Positions 16,948 through 26,339 of a stretch of DNA of 64,000 nt are shown here, piece by piece; within the stretch, counting starts at the first letter, position 1, and each line of letters begins with the position of its first letter. The DNA is from Escherichia phage SUT_E520. The notes beneath the pieces are model-generated. The model saw only the letters and a list, made by a program, of their open reading frames with translations. It ran no database searches and was not told the origin of the DNA. The translations under genes were made by a program, and so were the position numbers. Location: sequence record OQ990040. One strand, given 5' to 3'.

Positions 16948-17700
16948 TTACACCTTCCCCATGTCTTTAAAAATATCATAGAATGCTTTAGACTCAACAG
17001 AACGAACGTTATCAATCAATTCGATCATTGAGAATGGGGCATTTTCGTATTTTTCATAGACTTCCATAAGGAGTGCTAGACCTGAGTCACCTTTAATGTC
17101 TTTCTGAGCTATATCTCCGCAGATAATTAAACGGCAGTCTTGTCCTACACGAGTTAGGAGACAAATCATTGCCTCAACGGAAATATTCTGAGCTTCATCG
17201 ACAATTACATAGGAGTTGTTGAAAGTTCTGCCACGAGCATGTTCGACAGCCAAAAATTTAATTTTCTGACGTTCGACATATCCTTTATACGCATGATCGC
17301 CGATGGCCCATTTCATACCATCAGCTATTGGCTCCAACCAAGGCTCTAGCTTTTCCGCTAGATCACCAGGAAGCATACCAAGAGACTTACCTAGAGGTTC
17401 ATTAGGACGTACGAGAATCACTTGCTCAATATCTGAGTGAATGTCTGCGAGTTCCTGAGCTGCAAGAACGGACGGAATAAAGGTTTTACCAGTACCTGGC
17501 TCACCGATACCCACAGTCACTGTGTTGTTCTTGATCATATTGATATATGATTTTTGCTCGCGGTTTTTACCTACTAGGGATTTAGCAACTGGGTTAGCGT
17601 AATCATTAGAAAAATCAGCCTGAATTACGTTATTCTCATATTTGTTGCCACGCTTTCTTGAACCATTACGGTTCTCTCTTTTTTGACGTGCTTTTCCCAT
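16948..17700 (-). CDS. phoH: PhoH-like ATPase
   Basis: Walker A GIGEPGTGKTF and Walker B VIVDEAQN; start at MGKARQ behind RBS AGGAGT. Confidence 0.8.
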   Translation of the reverse strand: MGKARQKRENRNGSRKRGNKYENNVIQADFSNDYANPVAKSLVGKNREQKSYINMIKNNTVTVGIGEPGTGKTFIPSVLAAQELADIHSDIEQVILVRPNEPLGKSLGMLPGDLAEKLEPWLEPIADGMKWAIGDHAYKGYVERQKIKFLAVEHARGRTFNNSYVIVDEAQNISVEAMICLLTRVGQDCRLIICGDIAQKDIKGDSGLALLMEVYEKYENAPFSMIELIDNVRSVESKAFYDIFKDMGKV

Positions 17701-17773
17701 AAATAACACTCCTATAGTGTACTTCGCTAACAGAGGATCAACAAAAAGATCTTGTTTATCAACTTACAAATAT

Positions 17774-17802
17774 ATTATACCAATATATACAGTAAAAAGC
17801 AA
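17774..17802 (-). promoter_or_regulatory. sigma70-type early promoter (TTGCTT-17-TATAAT) for the phoH unit
   Basis: Minus-strand hexamers at 17-nt spacing. Confidence 0.6.
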
Positions 17803-17994
17803 CTACAATTTTAAATAAGCCTATGATATTGCATTTAAATAAAAAATTTGCTTGCTTTTAACGTGAGATGTGTGATACTAGATAATCATTTTATATCGCG
17901 TGCACGAGTGTGTGATTATACAATTTTTAATAGAGATTGGCAAATAAAATTTTTTGACTCAGATCATGTTACAGAACTTTATAGTAAAATATTG

Positions 17995-18023
17995 TTGACA
18001 TCCGCCCTCGAATGAGTTATAAT
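17995..18023 (+). promoter_or_regulatory. consensus sigma70 promoter (TTGACA-17-TATAAT) for nrdD
   Basis: Perfect -35 and -10 hexamers at 17-nt spacing, about 30 nt upstream of the nrdD start. Confidence 0.8.
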
Positions 18024-18052
18024 AGTAGTCTTAGTTAGAGAAGGAGAGTATA

Positions 18053-19927
18053 ATGAATCGCAATGAAGAACTAAAGTATAAAGAAATGCAGGCGTTAATT
18101 AGAAACTGCAAAGAGATTATCGAAGGGTCAGCAGATGAAGAGCTGCTGTTTAATAATGCTAATAAACCCTCAGAACGTTTCCCTACACAAAGGGATATGC
18201 TTGCAGGTGAATTGAGTAAGTATCTGATTCTAGAAGAAATGCCAATTCAGATTCGAAATGCTCATATGATTGGGGATATTCATTTCCATGATGCTGATTA
18301 TGCTGCATTAGGCATGACTAACTGTTGTCTGGTAGCTTTGGAAGATATGTTGAAGAATGGTATGAAGGTTGGTAATGCTGAAATTAGCACTCCAAACTCT
18401 ATCACTACTGCGGCGGCTATTACTGCTCAGATTATCACTCAGGTTAGCTCCCATCAGTATGGTGGTACTTCTGTAGACCGCCTTGATGAAGTATTAGCCC
18501 CTTATGTTCGTAAATCATATGACAAAAATCATGCGTTTGCAAAACGTTGGACTAAGGATGAAGCCAAAGCATCCGTAATGGCTACGGAGATGACTGAAAA
18601 GGAAGTCTATGACGCTTGTCAGGGTTTAGAATATGAAATCAATACCATGTTCAACTCTAACGGTCAGAGTCCATTTATTACCTTTGGTTTTGGTCTAGGA
18701 ACTTCTTGGGAAGCACGTCTAGTACAGAAAGCAATACTGAAAGTACGCATGGATGGTTTAGGTATCAATAAACGTACAGCTATCTTCCCGAAACTGGTAT
18801 TTGTACTTCGTGATGGTGTTAACATGAAACCAGGAGATGTTAATTATGACATCAAGAAGTTAGCTATGAAATGTACTGCTGAACGTATGTATCCAGATTA
18901 TATCAGCTATGACAAAGTTGTAGAAGTTACTGGAGACTATAAAGTTTCTATGGGCTGTCGTTCATTCCTAGCTGCTACAGAAGATGGTGAAACTGCCGGT
19001 CGTAATAACTTAGGTGTTGTTTCTGTAAACTTGCCTAGAATTGCTATCGAAGCTGAAGGAAATATTGACCTATTTTTTGATTTGCTTGAACTGCGTGTGG
19101 ATACAGCGTTAAAAGCATTGGAGTGGAGAGTTGATCGCTTAAAATACATCCAAGCTAAAGCTGCACCCATCCTCTATATGTCAGGAGCCTTTGGGTTACG
19201 CTTGGAGCCTGATGAATATGTATTCGATCATTTCTATAATCGTGCTTCTGTATCTCTAGGGTATATTGGCTGCCATGAAATGCTACAGTTCATGTTTGGC
19301 AAAGATATAGACACAATGTCCGAGACCTGCATCAAGTTTGTTCAGCGTGTATTGCAGTACATGCGGGATAGAGTCGATCAGAAGAAGGAAGAAACTAAGT
19401 TAGGTTATAGCCTGTATGCTACACCATCAGAATCCCTATGTGATCGCTTTTGTCGTCTAGACCGTGAATATTTCCCGGAACATGAAGATATTCTGTCCAA
19501 AGGATACTACACTAACTCTCACCACCTTGATGTGGAACGTAAAGTTGCTCCTAACGTGAAATTTGATTATGAATCTAACTTTACTCCGATTGCTTCTGGT
19601 GGGTGTATTTCCTACGTAGAATTACCGGATATGAAACGATTCCCAGATGCACTGGAATGGGTTATTAATTATGCTGCTAGTAAGGTTCATTACTTCGGTA
19701 TTAATACTCCAGTGGATTCTTGCGGTAAATGTGGATTCTTAGGTGAAACAATAGCATCCGAAGATGGATTTAAGTGCCCTATCTGTGGTAATCATGACCC
19801 CGAAACTCTTGAAGTAACTCGTCGAGTTTGTGGGTATCTTGGAAATCCGGGTGCTCGTCCATTTAACCCCGGCAAACAGCACGAGGTGATGGGCAGAGTG
19901 AAACATCAGGATATTCGAGCTAAATAA
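18053..19927 (+). CDS. nrdD: anaerobic (class III) ribonucleoside-triphosphate reductase
   Basis: 624 aa; C-terminal Cys cluster and glycyl-radical motif TRRVCGYLG; RBS AGAAGGAGAG. Confidence 0.85.
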   Translation: MNRNEELKYKEMQALIRNCKEIIEGSADEELLFNNANKPSERFPTQRDMLAGELSKYLILEEMPIQIRNAHMIGDIHFHDADYAALGMTNCCLVALEDMLKNGMKVGNAEISTPNSITTAAAITAQIITQVSSHQYGGTSVDRLDEVLAPYVRKSYDKNHAFAKRWTKDEAKASVMATEMTEKEVYDACQGLEYEINTMFNSNGQSPFITFGFGLGTSWEARLVQKAILKVRMDGLGINKRTAIFPKLVFVLRDGVNMKPGDVNYDIKKLAMKCTAERMYPDYISYDKVVEVTGDYKVSMGCRSFLAATEDGETAGRNNLGVVSVNLPRIAIEAEGNIDLFFDLLELRVDTALKALEWRVDRLKYIQAKAAPILYMSGAFGLRLEPDEYVFDHFYNRASVSLGYIGCHEMLQFMFGKDIDTMSETCIKFVQRVLQYMRDRVDQKKEETKLGYSLYATPSESLCDRFCRLDREYFPEHEDILSKGYYTNSHHLDVERKVAPNVKFDYESNFTPIASGGCISYVELPDMKRFPDALEWVINYAASKVHYFGINTPVDSCGKCGFLGETIASEDGFKCPICGNHDPETLEVTRRVCGYLGNPGARPFNPGKQHEVMGRVKHQDIRAK

Positions 19928-19933
19928 GCTAAT

Positions 19934-19966
19934 CAGCCGGGTTGCTAGTCGACCTGGCTTTTATTT
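19934..19966 (+). terminator. intrinsic terminator after nrdD
   Basis: Hairpin AGCCGGG...CCTGGCT followed by TTTTATTTTATTT. Confidence 0.65.
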
Positions 19967-19969
19967 TAT

Positions 19970-19998
19970 TTGCTTTCAGCCAAAAATTTATATATAAT
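19970..19998 (+). promoter_or_regulatory. sigma70-type early promoter (TTGCTT-17-TATAAT) with ATAAATTTGAGAGGAG leader
   Basis: Hexamers at 17-nt spacing followed by the conserved leader and RBS. Confidence 0.7.
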
Positions 19999-20026
19999 AG
20001 ATTTATAAATTTGAGAGGAGAAAGGT

Positions 20027-20407
20027 ATGGAATTAAAGCCCTATATAGTTGAGTCTACATGTGGTGGTTTCCATCTTGGCGTAGACGATCTTAGAGAAGC
20101 TATTTTTGCATCTACTGGAGATTATTCCCATCTAGAGGGTATTGGATATTCATCAATTATTGGTGATTGGGTAGAAACAAATCTAGATGTATCACCATAT
20201 AACTCAGATTGCTTGTTTGACGAGGATGAGGATGAAATAAAGTATGATATTGAATTTGTTTATAATAGAGTATTAAAAGTATACCAACGTAATCCCGAGG
20301 GATACGAAGATATTACTAAAGGTATTAAACAGTATCTTAAAGATGTATACTATAATTTTTCTGATGAAGACCTAGAAACAGTTGCAGTGGAGTTTAATAA
20401 TGGCTAA
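20027..20407 (+). CDS. hypothetical acidic protein
   Basis: 126-aa ORF directly after the leader RBS. Confidence 0.6.
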   Translation: MELKPYIVESTCGGFHLGVDDLREAIFASTGDYSHLEGIGYSSIIGDWVETNLDVSPYNSDCLFDEDEDEIKYDIEFVYNRVLKVYQRNPEGYEDITKGIKQYLKDVYYNFSDEDLETVAVEFNNG

Positions 20408-20606
20408 GAATGTAAAACATCTTAAATATCGCTTAATTTACAATGGACGTATGGAAACAGAAGACCTGGCCCAATTAGCTATTAATTCTAACGAGGTTAC
20501 AGTGCGTGCGCTGGCAATTGAAAAGTTGCGTGCCTCTTATGAAAATCGTGTTATGGAACTAGAGGAGAAACTTTATGGCATTCTCGAAGCCGATGCTACC
20601 AGATAA
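20400..20606 (+). CDS. hypothetical protein
   Basis: ORF track 20382..20606; ATG at MAKNVKHL overlaps the upstream stop. Confidence 0.45.
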   Translation: MAKNVKHLKYRLIYNGRMETEDLAQLAINSNEVTVRALAIEKLRASYENRVMELEEKLYGILEADATR

Positions 20607-20796
20607 GGGTTTAAACGCCGCTTTGGAAAACGCATTAATGCAGCACTGGGAAACTGGCTATAAGGATGGTGTTGAATCCTGCGCTACTATGCTAGAAGTT
20701 ATTGCTAATACCTTAATGGAGAAAGGCAATAAAGAATTAGCTGAGCTATTAGACAGTATTGGGCAAAACTTCAGAGAACAGGTGAAAAATGCGTAG
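20575..20796 (+). CDS. hypothetical protein
   Basis: 73-aa ORF behind RBS GAGGAG. Confidence 0.5.
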   Translation: MAFSKPMLPDKGLNAALENALMQHWETGYKDGVESCATMLEVIANTLMEKGNKELAELLDSIGQNFREQVKNA

Positions 20797-21604
20797 ATTA
20801 ATTGTTATTAGCGGTGCAGGTTTGAGTGTTGAAAGTGGTGTACGAGCTTTTCGTACTGATACTGCTAGTGGTAAAGCATTGTGGGATGATTATGATCTAG
20901 AAGAAGTATGTAATATTCATGCCTTTCGTGGTAATTTTTATCATAAAACCCATATGTTTTACAACAAGCGTCGTGAAGAGCTAAAAACTGTTGAACCCAA
21001 TCTTGCGCATTTGCGTATCGGTGAATGGTATAAACAATATCCAGGTCAAGTAGTAAACTTGACTACCAACGTTGATGACCTTATTGAGCGTTCTGGCGTT
21101 CCACATAATGACATTCTACACATTCATGGATATTTAAAAGAGGTTGTTGTAGCTGATAGCTACAATAGTAGCAATAAACGGATTATTGATGTAGGATACA
21201 ATTCTATTGATCCAGATGATTATAAATGGGTTAAACCTAATGTAATCTTCTTTGGAGAGCATGCTCCAGCATATGCGGAGATGTACAATGTTTTTGATGG
21301 TATTACCAGTCAAGATATGATCATTGTGGTTGGTTGCTCTAACCAAGTAATTAACTTCTACTGGGAATTATTTCCTGTTCTTAATTTGACTGCTGCCAAG
21401 CTAATGGTTGTTAACTACTATGATAGTGCCCTAGCGGCGGAACCGAGCTATCAAGGTATGACTCGTAGTGAGATGTACCAGCTGGAAGAACGCGGTATCC
21501 CTTACTGGGGTAAAGGTGCGGTAGATGCTTTCAGTGATCCTGATTTTATTGCTCGTGTAGAAGCTCATTTAGGGGGTAGACCTTATGTGTCAGGAAATAA
21601 GTAA
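20789..21604 (+). CDS. Sir2-like (sirtuin-family) NAD-binding protein without Zn-ribbon
   Basis: GAGLSVESGVRAFR, TTNVDDLIERSG and catalytic-His HIHGY motifs; no CxxC pairs in the expected region. Confidence 0.65.
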   Translation: MRRLIVISGAGLSVESGVRAFRTDTASGKALWDDYDLEEVCNIHAFRGNFYHKTHMFYNKRREELKTVEPNLAHLRIGEWYKQYPGQVVNLTTNVDDLIERSGVPHNDILHIHGYLKEVVVADSYNSSNKRIIDVGYNSIDPDDYKWVKPNVIFFGEHAPAYAEMYNVFDGITSQDMIIVVGCSNQVINFYWELFPVLNLTAAKLMVVNYYDSALAAEPSYQGMTRSEMYQLEERGIPYWGKGAVDAFSDPDFIARVEAHLGGRPYVSGNK

Positions 21605-22097
21605 TACTCCAATTATTTTTCTAGACATTGATGGGGTGCTCAATTCGAGCATCTCCCACTATCATGCACCTGATGATGAAAAGATTTTCTTTGGAAGTGA
21701 TTGGGTTTTCAAACCGCTTCTCAAGGCTTTTCAGGACTTTATTCGTCCTTCTCCAATAATGATTGTTGGAGTATCATCTTGGTTCTCTGTCAGAAATGAG
21801 ATGGAGAACGTTCAGATTATGACCGGATTAGGCCTTATCGATCGTTTTCTTGGTACAACGGATTTTACTGGTGGTGGATTATCTAGGGGTAATTCTGTTC
21901 TTCGCTTCGTTGAAAAGCATAAGCTCAAACATTGGTGTGTGCTTGATGATGCGGGTGCTATGATGTATCAGTATCCAACGGTTATAGTCAACGGTAGGAC
22001 TGGTATAAATCTTCAAGATTTAAAAGCTGTTAGCTATATGCTAGAATTTAGCCCAGATCTTGAAATGTGTAAATCCTTACAACAATTTAAGGTGTAA
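21585..22097 (+). CDS. HAD-superfamily phosphatase (possible 5'-deoxyribonucleotidase)
   Basis: HAD motif I IIFLDIDGVLN near the N-terminus; overlaps the Sir2-like stop. Confidence 0.45.
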   Translation: MCQEISNTPIIFLDIDGVLNSSISHYHAPDDEKIFFGSDWVFKPLLKAFQDFIRPSPIMIVGVSSWFSVRNEMENVQIMTGLGLIDRFLGTTDFTGGGLSRGNSVLRFVEKHKLKHWCVLDDAGAMMYQYPTVIVNGRTGINLQDLKAVSYMLEFSPDLEMCKSLQQFKV

Positions 22098-22099
22098 AT

Positions 22100-22528
22100 A
22101 TGTTCAATAATGTATTCTCTAAAGAAGCTAACCCAATTTTGGTTAACTTTTGGCGTACTCTTCCAGCTAGCCTGTATAATGAGGCTATTAACTCTTTGAA
22201 AATATGGTGTGAGAATAACGAAATCTACTTTGCTTTTAAAGATGATATTGATGAAGCCCCCTGTATTGGTTTAATTGTTCAGGTAGAGGAGGGTCTTGAA
22301 GAGATTGTCGGCTGGAAAGAGTTAGATGAAATGGGCTTAGTTTTTGCGTTAAACTATAAGCTGTTTATGCCTGCTAAGCATCGCCTCGTTGTTAACTATA
22401 AAACTAGTGAATCTCCTGGTTTTCAAGTTAATGAACGTTACGGTTGGTCTTACTCACCAGAAGAAGTGAATGATGGTATCCAAAAACTTCGCCGTTTCGG
22501 GTATATGATCCCAGGTTTAACTGCTTAA
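22100..22528 (+). CDS. hypothetical protein, paralog A of a tandem pair
   Basis: 142-aa ORF behind RBS AAGGTG; shares PCIG and ELDEMGLVFALN with the next ORF. Confidence 0.6.
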   Translation: MFNNVFSKEANPILVNFWRTLPASLYNEAINSLKIWCENNEIYFAFKDDIDEAPCIGLIVQVEEGLEEIVGWKELDEMGLVFALNYKLFMPAKHRLVVNYKTSESPGFQVNERYGWSYSPEEVNDGIQKLRRFGYMIPGLTA

Positions 22529-22537
22529 GGAGGCAGA

Positions 22538-22927
22538 ATGGAACAAGTATATTGGCGTCAGATTGACCCTAGTTTGGTGAAACGTGCGGAGAAGCTGCTA
22601 CAACGTTGGTTGGGGGTAAGACAAGCCTCCTTCACTTTTCCTGAGCAGCAAATAGATGATCCATGCATTGGCGTTTTCCTGTCTGGATACGCCAGGGAAT
22701 GGGAACTGGATTGGAATGAGTTGTCTGCTATGGGTTTAATTGTTGCCCTAAATTTCTCTTTGTTCCATCCACGTGGTTTTGCCATATGTCGTGTGCCGGA
22801 TGATGGTTGTTCGCCCCATCTTTTACAGGTGGAAAATGATATTTGGGAGTACACTCCAGATATTCTCAAAGAAGCTAAAGAACAATTAAACCGTGTTGGG
22901 ATATATGTTCCGGGATTAAATGACTAA
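22538..22927 (+). CDS. hypothetical protein, paralog B of a tandem pair
   Basis: 129-aa ORF behind RBS TAAGGAGG; shares PCIG, ELSAMGLIVALN and C-terminal VPGLND with the previous ORF. Confidence 0.6.
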   Translation: MEQVYWRQIDPSLVKRAEKLLQRWLGVRQASFTFPEQQIDDPCIGVFLSGYAREWELDWNELSAMGLIVALNFSLFHPRGFAICRVPDDGCSPHLLQVENDIWEYTPDILKEAKEQLNRVGIYVPGLND

Positions 22928-22953
22928 TGATTTTTATTAGCTGAACTCTGATT

Positions 22954-22980
22954 ACCGAGTCATTTTGGCTCGGTTTTATC
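22954..22980 (+). terminator. intrinsic terminator
   Basis: Hairpin ACCGAG...CTCGGT followed by TTTTAT. Confidence 0.6.
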
Positions 22981-23011
22981 CGTACTCAAGACCAATGATA
23001 GCACCATCCGG

Positions 23012-23040
23012 AAAATTTTACTTGCAGGATGCTCAAAATC
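23012..23040 (+). promoter_or_regulatory. sigma70-type promoter (TTGCAG-17-TATAAT) with ATTGAATTGAGAG leader and no adjacent ORF
   Basis: Hexamers at 17-nt spacing; next plausible start codon is about 500 nt downstream. Confidence 0.55.
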
Positions 23041-23549
23041 TTGATATAATATTTATATTGAATTGAGAGATATTAGTAAAAATTGATTTTGCTAATTTTT
23101 CTTGTTTACAATCCGCGATACGGAACAGTTAGGCTGCCCAATTAAGGGTTGTTTTAACTGTTACGTGTTAGTTTTTAAACAAATAGTTAATAGAATACTT
23201 AGCGATCTGCGTCCCGTAGGAACCCTGGTAAGGCCTCGAAGCAACCTAGATAGAGGTGGTTGTGAAGTGAGACGGGAGGAGTGAAAAACTCCGAGACGTG
23301 ATTCTGTAAGTTATATTGCATCTAGTATGAGCTAGTACATGAAGCATTAGGTGAGCAAATCTGGCTTAGCGGCCATCCTCAAGGATTTGTGCGGTATAGC
23401 AAAGCAGCAGCGCAGCGTGAAAGTGGAAGTTGCCACCCCACTTCAGTATTTGCGATTAATTTGTTGAGAAATTGACAGTAACAGTTGTTCTATTCTTTCT
23501 GAATAGTCCTAAAGAAAACTTATTTCATTTCCAACACAGGAGTATTGTT

Positions 23550-26339
23550 GTGTTCTCAATCCTACAAGGTCATGCAGGATTTCATCGCGATTTAGCCACA
23601 GGCAATTGGCGAGAAGTTAAAGCAGAAGACTATCTTTTTGCTAAAAGATTTTCCTCAAAGCATCCTGAAGGTAAACCAGCTTCAATGCCCTTCAAGTTTG
23701 ATGTAATTGATGAAGTTGATCCTCAAACCCTAGTAGAAATGCTTCCTCTTATGAGACGTTTAACGTCTGACCCTCATATCGTTGCGGTACGAGGTCGATG
23801 TCTTACACCTAAAAATAATGTGCGACGTAAGAAGGGCAACTTTAATGTATCTAACCCAAGTCATATAATTGCAATGGACGTGGATGGTATTGTAGATACA
23901 GGTGGTTGCAACAAGTTTGATCTTGTTGGCATGGCTCGACATATTATTAGAATGTTAAATAGTATTAGTGAGGATATGTTTCCTCTTGATGCAGGGTTTA
24001 TCGCTCATGCATCGTCTTCGGCTGGGCTAAAACCAGGTATCCGAATGCACTTAATACTAGAATCTAATGTTAAAGTAACTCAGGGTCAAATCAAATTCTT
24101 ATTTACATCTATCAACGAAAGTAGTAGACAAAAGTATGGCTTTGATATTGCCGACTTAGCTTATTACTCTTCCGTACAGCTCCACTATTTTGCAGATCCG
24201 TTATTTACCGATGGTATAGTAGATCCGTTTAAAGCGGAGGGTGCTTCACGTCTGGTATTTGTTAAGGGTTCTAAAGTAAATTTACCCAATAATCTGGTTG
24301 ACTATGAAACAACTAGAGGTGAGTTTAAGGAGGAGTTTTACTCTTTACTCGATCAAATTAAAGGTAAAAAAGCTGCCTCTGATAAAGTAGAGGAAACTAT
24401 CAGCGAACTAGAAGAAGCTGAGGATGGAGTGTATCTACGTATCATACCTAAACTCTATCACAGAGCCTTAGAGGATGGTGTTGATTTTGCATGGCTAGAA
24501 AAAGAAATCCGTCCAGCCTTATCAGAATATATTGCAACTAAAGATAACAGTCGCAATATTCAAGATTACTTTAATAACGGTCGTAAACAGGCTCTGAAAG
24601 CATTTGTTAATAATTCTAAACGTGATATACCTGATGTTTTAAAGGGTATTCCACTTAAAAAGCTAGAAACTAATTCTCTAGAAACTGATAACTTCTTGAA
24701 ATTAAATACTGTACCACCAGAAGGTTATATGACTTTTGTAAAAGCAAGTCTAGGTACAGGTAAAACTACAGCGGTTGTGCGTTGGTTAGATTCAGGAGTT
24801 ATTAAAGGTAATTTCTTAGCAATTACCAATACTAGAGCACTGGTATCTTCAAATGCCAAGAAATTTAGTGCAGGACAATATGATAAGTCTGTAGATATGC
24901 TTAATTTTAAGCGGGGTGCTATTGACCGTATGTCCACAACTATTCACTCTTTGCATAAATTCAAGAGTTTTATTGGTCAAATTGATGCAATCTTTATCGA
25001 TGAATGTGATGCAGTAATGAATGACCTATTATTCGCCCCGGTTGTTAAACAACGTCGCGAGTGTATTCAGGTTCTTCGGGATATTCTTGCAACTGCAAAA
25101 ATCATTATATTATCTGATGGGGATATTAGTGCAGAAACAATTGAAGCATATGGTTCTTTGATTGAGTTTGATAAACCAGTAGCATTTTATAACCATCACC
25201 GTAAAATGCTATCAAAAGCTCATGCTTATGAGTTCCCGGATGAATCCAGTATTTGGGTTGCACTTCAGACTTCTCTAGAGATGGGTGAGAAATCTATCCT
25301 AGTATCTGACTGTGGGCCGGATGAACTGAATGAGAAGGGTATGGCATTGCGTCGTAATACGGGTGCGTTAGTTAAGGAAATCCACTCAAATTCTACATCC
25401 GATGTAGATATTCGACGTATTCTGGATTACACAACTAATGAGCTAATTGATCAACAAATTGATTGCTTATTATGTAGTCCATCCGTAACAAGTGGTGTTG
25501 ACTTCAACTATTTTGATAACGTATTCGTTATTACTAGAACCAGCAACCAAGCGCCAAACATGCGTTTCCAAGCAATCAGGCGCGACCGTGGCGCTCAGAA
25601 CATTTATTATTTTATTGATAAATCTACGAGTGGATTCTCCGCAGGTTCTGAGCAATATAACATTGACGAAGGTTGGCTGGAGTTAGCACAACAATTATAC
25701 GCACGTCGTAGAGAGCTGGAATCTAGGAATTATACTAGTACTTTACGTTATTACTTGCTTGATCAGGGTGCAACTATTGATATTTTCAGTGAAAGCTGGG
25801 GAACTATCGAAGGTGCTGGGAAGGAATATACGGAAGAGCGAATCAAAGCTATTTTATATTCAACTCCTGATTATTGTGCTCCACGTCATGCTGATGCGTA
25901 TGAAGCTAAACTACTTCTTGTTCGCTACTATCATCTTGAGTCTATTAAAGATGTAACAGTTGAGCATGTTGAACAATATATCAAGGATAAACCTAATGAT
26001 CGAGCGGCATTCTTCCATAAAATGCACGAGATGTTCTGGGAAGATATTAAGAAGTGTTCAAATGTCACTATCAAACCATTCATAGAAGCTCTGAAAGGTA
26101 AGAAGAAAGATTTCTTCCTTAAAACAGGTCAGAGTGCTAACCCAAAATATGCCAGAATGTATCTTGGTATGATGGGTATTGGTAAGGATATGAACACTGA
26201 AAATATTGTAGACTGGTACAGAACCTATTGTAAAATCGAGTGTATGCCAATCCCCTATAAGTTTATGACTGATGAGGAGAAACATATGCATGATGAAGCA
26301 ATGGCAGAGCTAGGTGCTAGAAATGACAGTGAAGAATAA
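23550..26339 (+). CDS. large replication-associated protein: N-terminal AEP/PrimPol-like domain plus P-loop NTPase (helicase-like)
   Basis: ORF track 23472..26339; GTG start at 23550 behind RBS CAGGAG; DxD (IIAMDVDG), sxH-like (GIRMHLIL), Walker A ASLGTGKTT, Walker B IFIDECD. Confidence 0.6.
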   Translation: MFSILQGHAGFHRDLATGNWREVKAEDYLFAKRFSSKHPEGKPASMPFKFDVIDEVDPQTLVEMLPLMRRLTSDPHIVAVRGRCLTPKNNVRRKKGNFNVSNPSHIIAMDVDGIVDTGGCNKFDLVGMARHIIRMLNSISEDMFPLDAGFIAHASSSAGLKPGIRMHLILESNVKVTQGQIKFLFTSINESSRQKYGFDIADLAYYSSVQLHYFADPLFTDGIVDPFKAEGASRLVFVKGSKVNLPNNLVDYETTRGEFKEEFYSLLDQIKGKKAASDKVEETISELEEAEDGVYLRIIPKLYHRALEDGVDFAWLEKEIRPALSEYIATKDNSRNIQDYFNNGRKQALKAFVNNSKRDIPDVLKGIPLKKLETNSLETDNFLKLNTVPPEGYMTFVKASLGTGKTTAVVRWLDSGVIKGNFLAITNTRALVSSNAKKFSAGQYDKSVDMLNFKRGAIDRMSTTIHSLHKFKSFIGQIDAIFIDECDAVMNDLLFAPVVKQRRECIQVLRDILATAKIIILSDGDISAETIEAYGSLIEFDKPVAFYNHHRKMLSKAHAYEFPDESSIWVALQTSLEMGEKSILVSDCGPDELNEKGMALRRNTGALVKEIHSNSTSDVDIRRILDYTTNELIDQQIDCLLCSPSVTSGVDFNYFDNVFVITRTSNQAPNMRFQAIRRDRGAQNIYYFIDKSTSGFSAGSEQYNIDEGWLELAQQLYARRRELESRNYTSTLRYYLLDQGATIDIFSESWGTIEGAGKEYTEERIKAILYSTPDYCAPRHADAYEAKLLLVRYYHLESIKDVTVEHVEQYIKDKPNDRAAFFHKMHEMFWEDIKKCSNVTIKPFIEALKGKKKDFFLKTGQSANPKYARMYLGMMGIGKDMNTENIVDWYRTYCKIECMPIPYKFMTDEEKHMHDEAMAELGARNDSEE

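Noticed and set aside
23102-23284. 60-aa ORF inside the long leader upstream of the large gene
   Set aside because: No RBS and an Arg/Cys-rich unlikely composition; the region is treated as noncoding leader pending transcript data.
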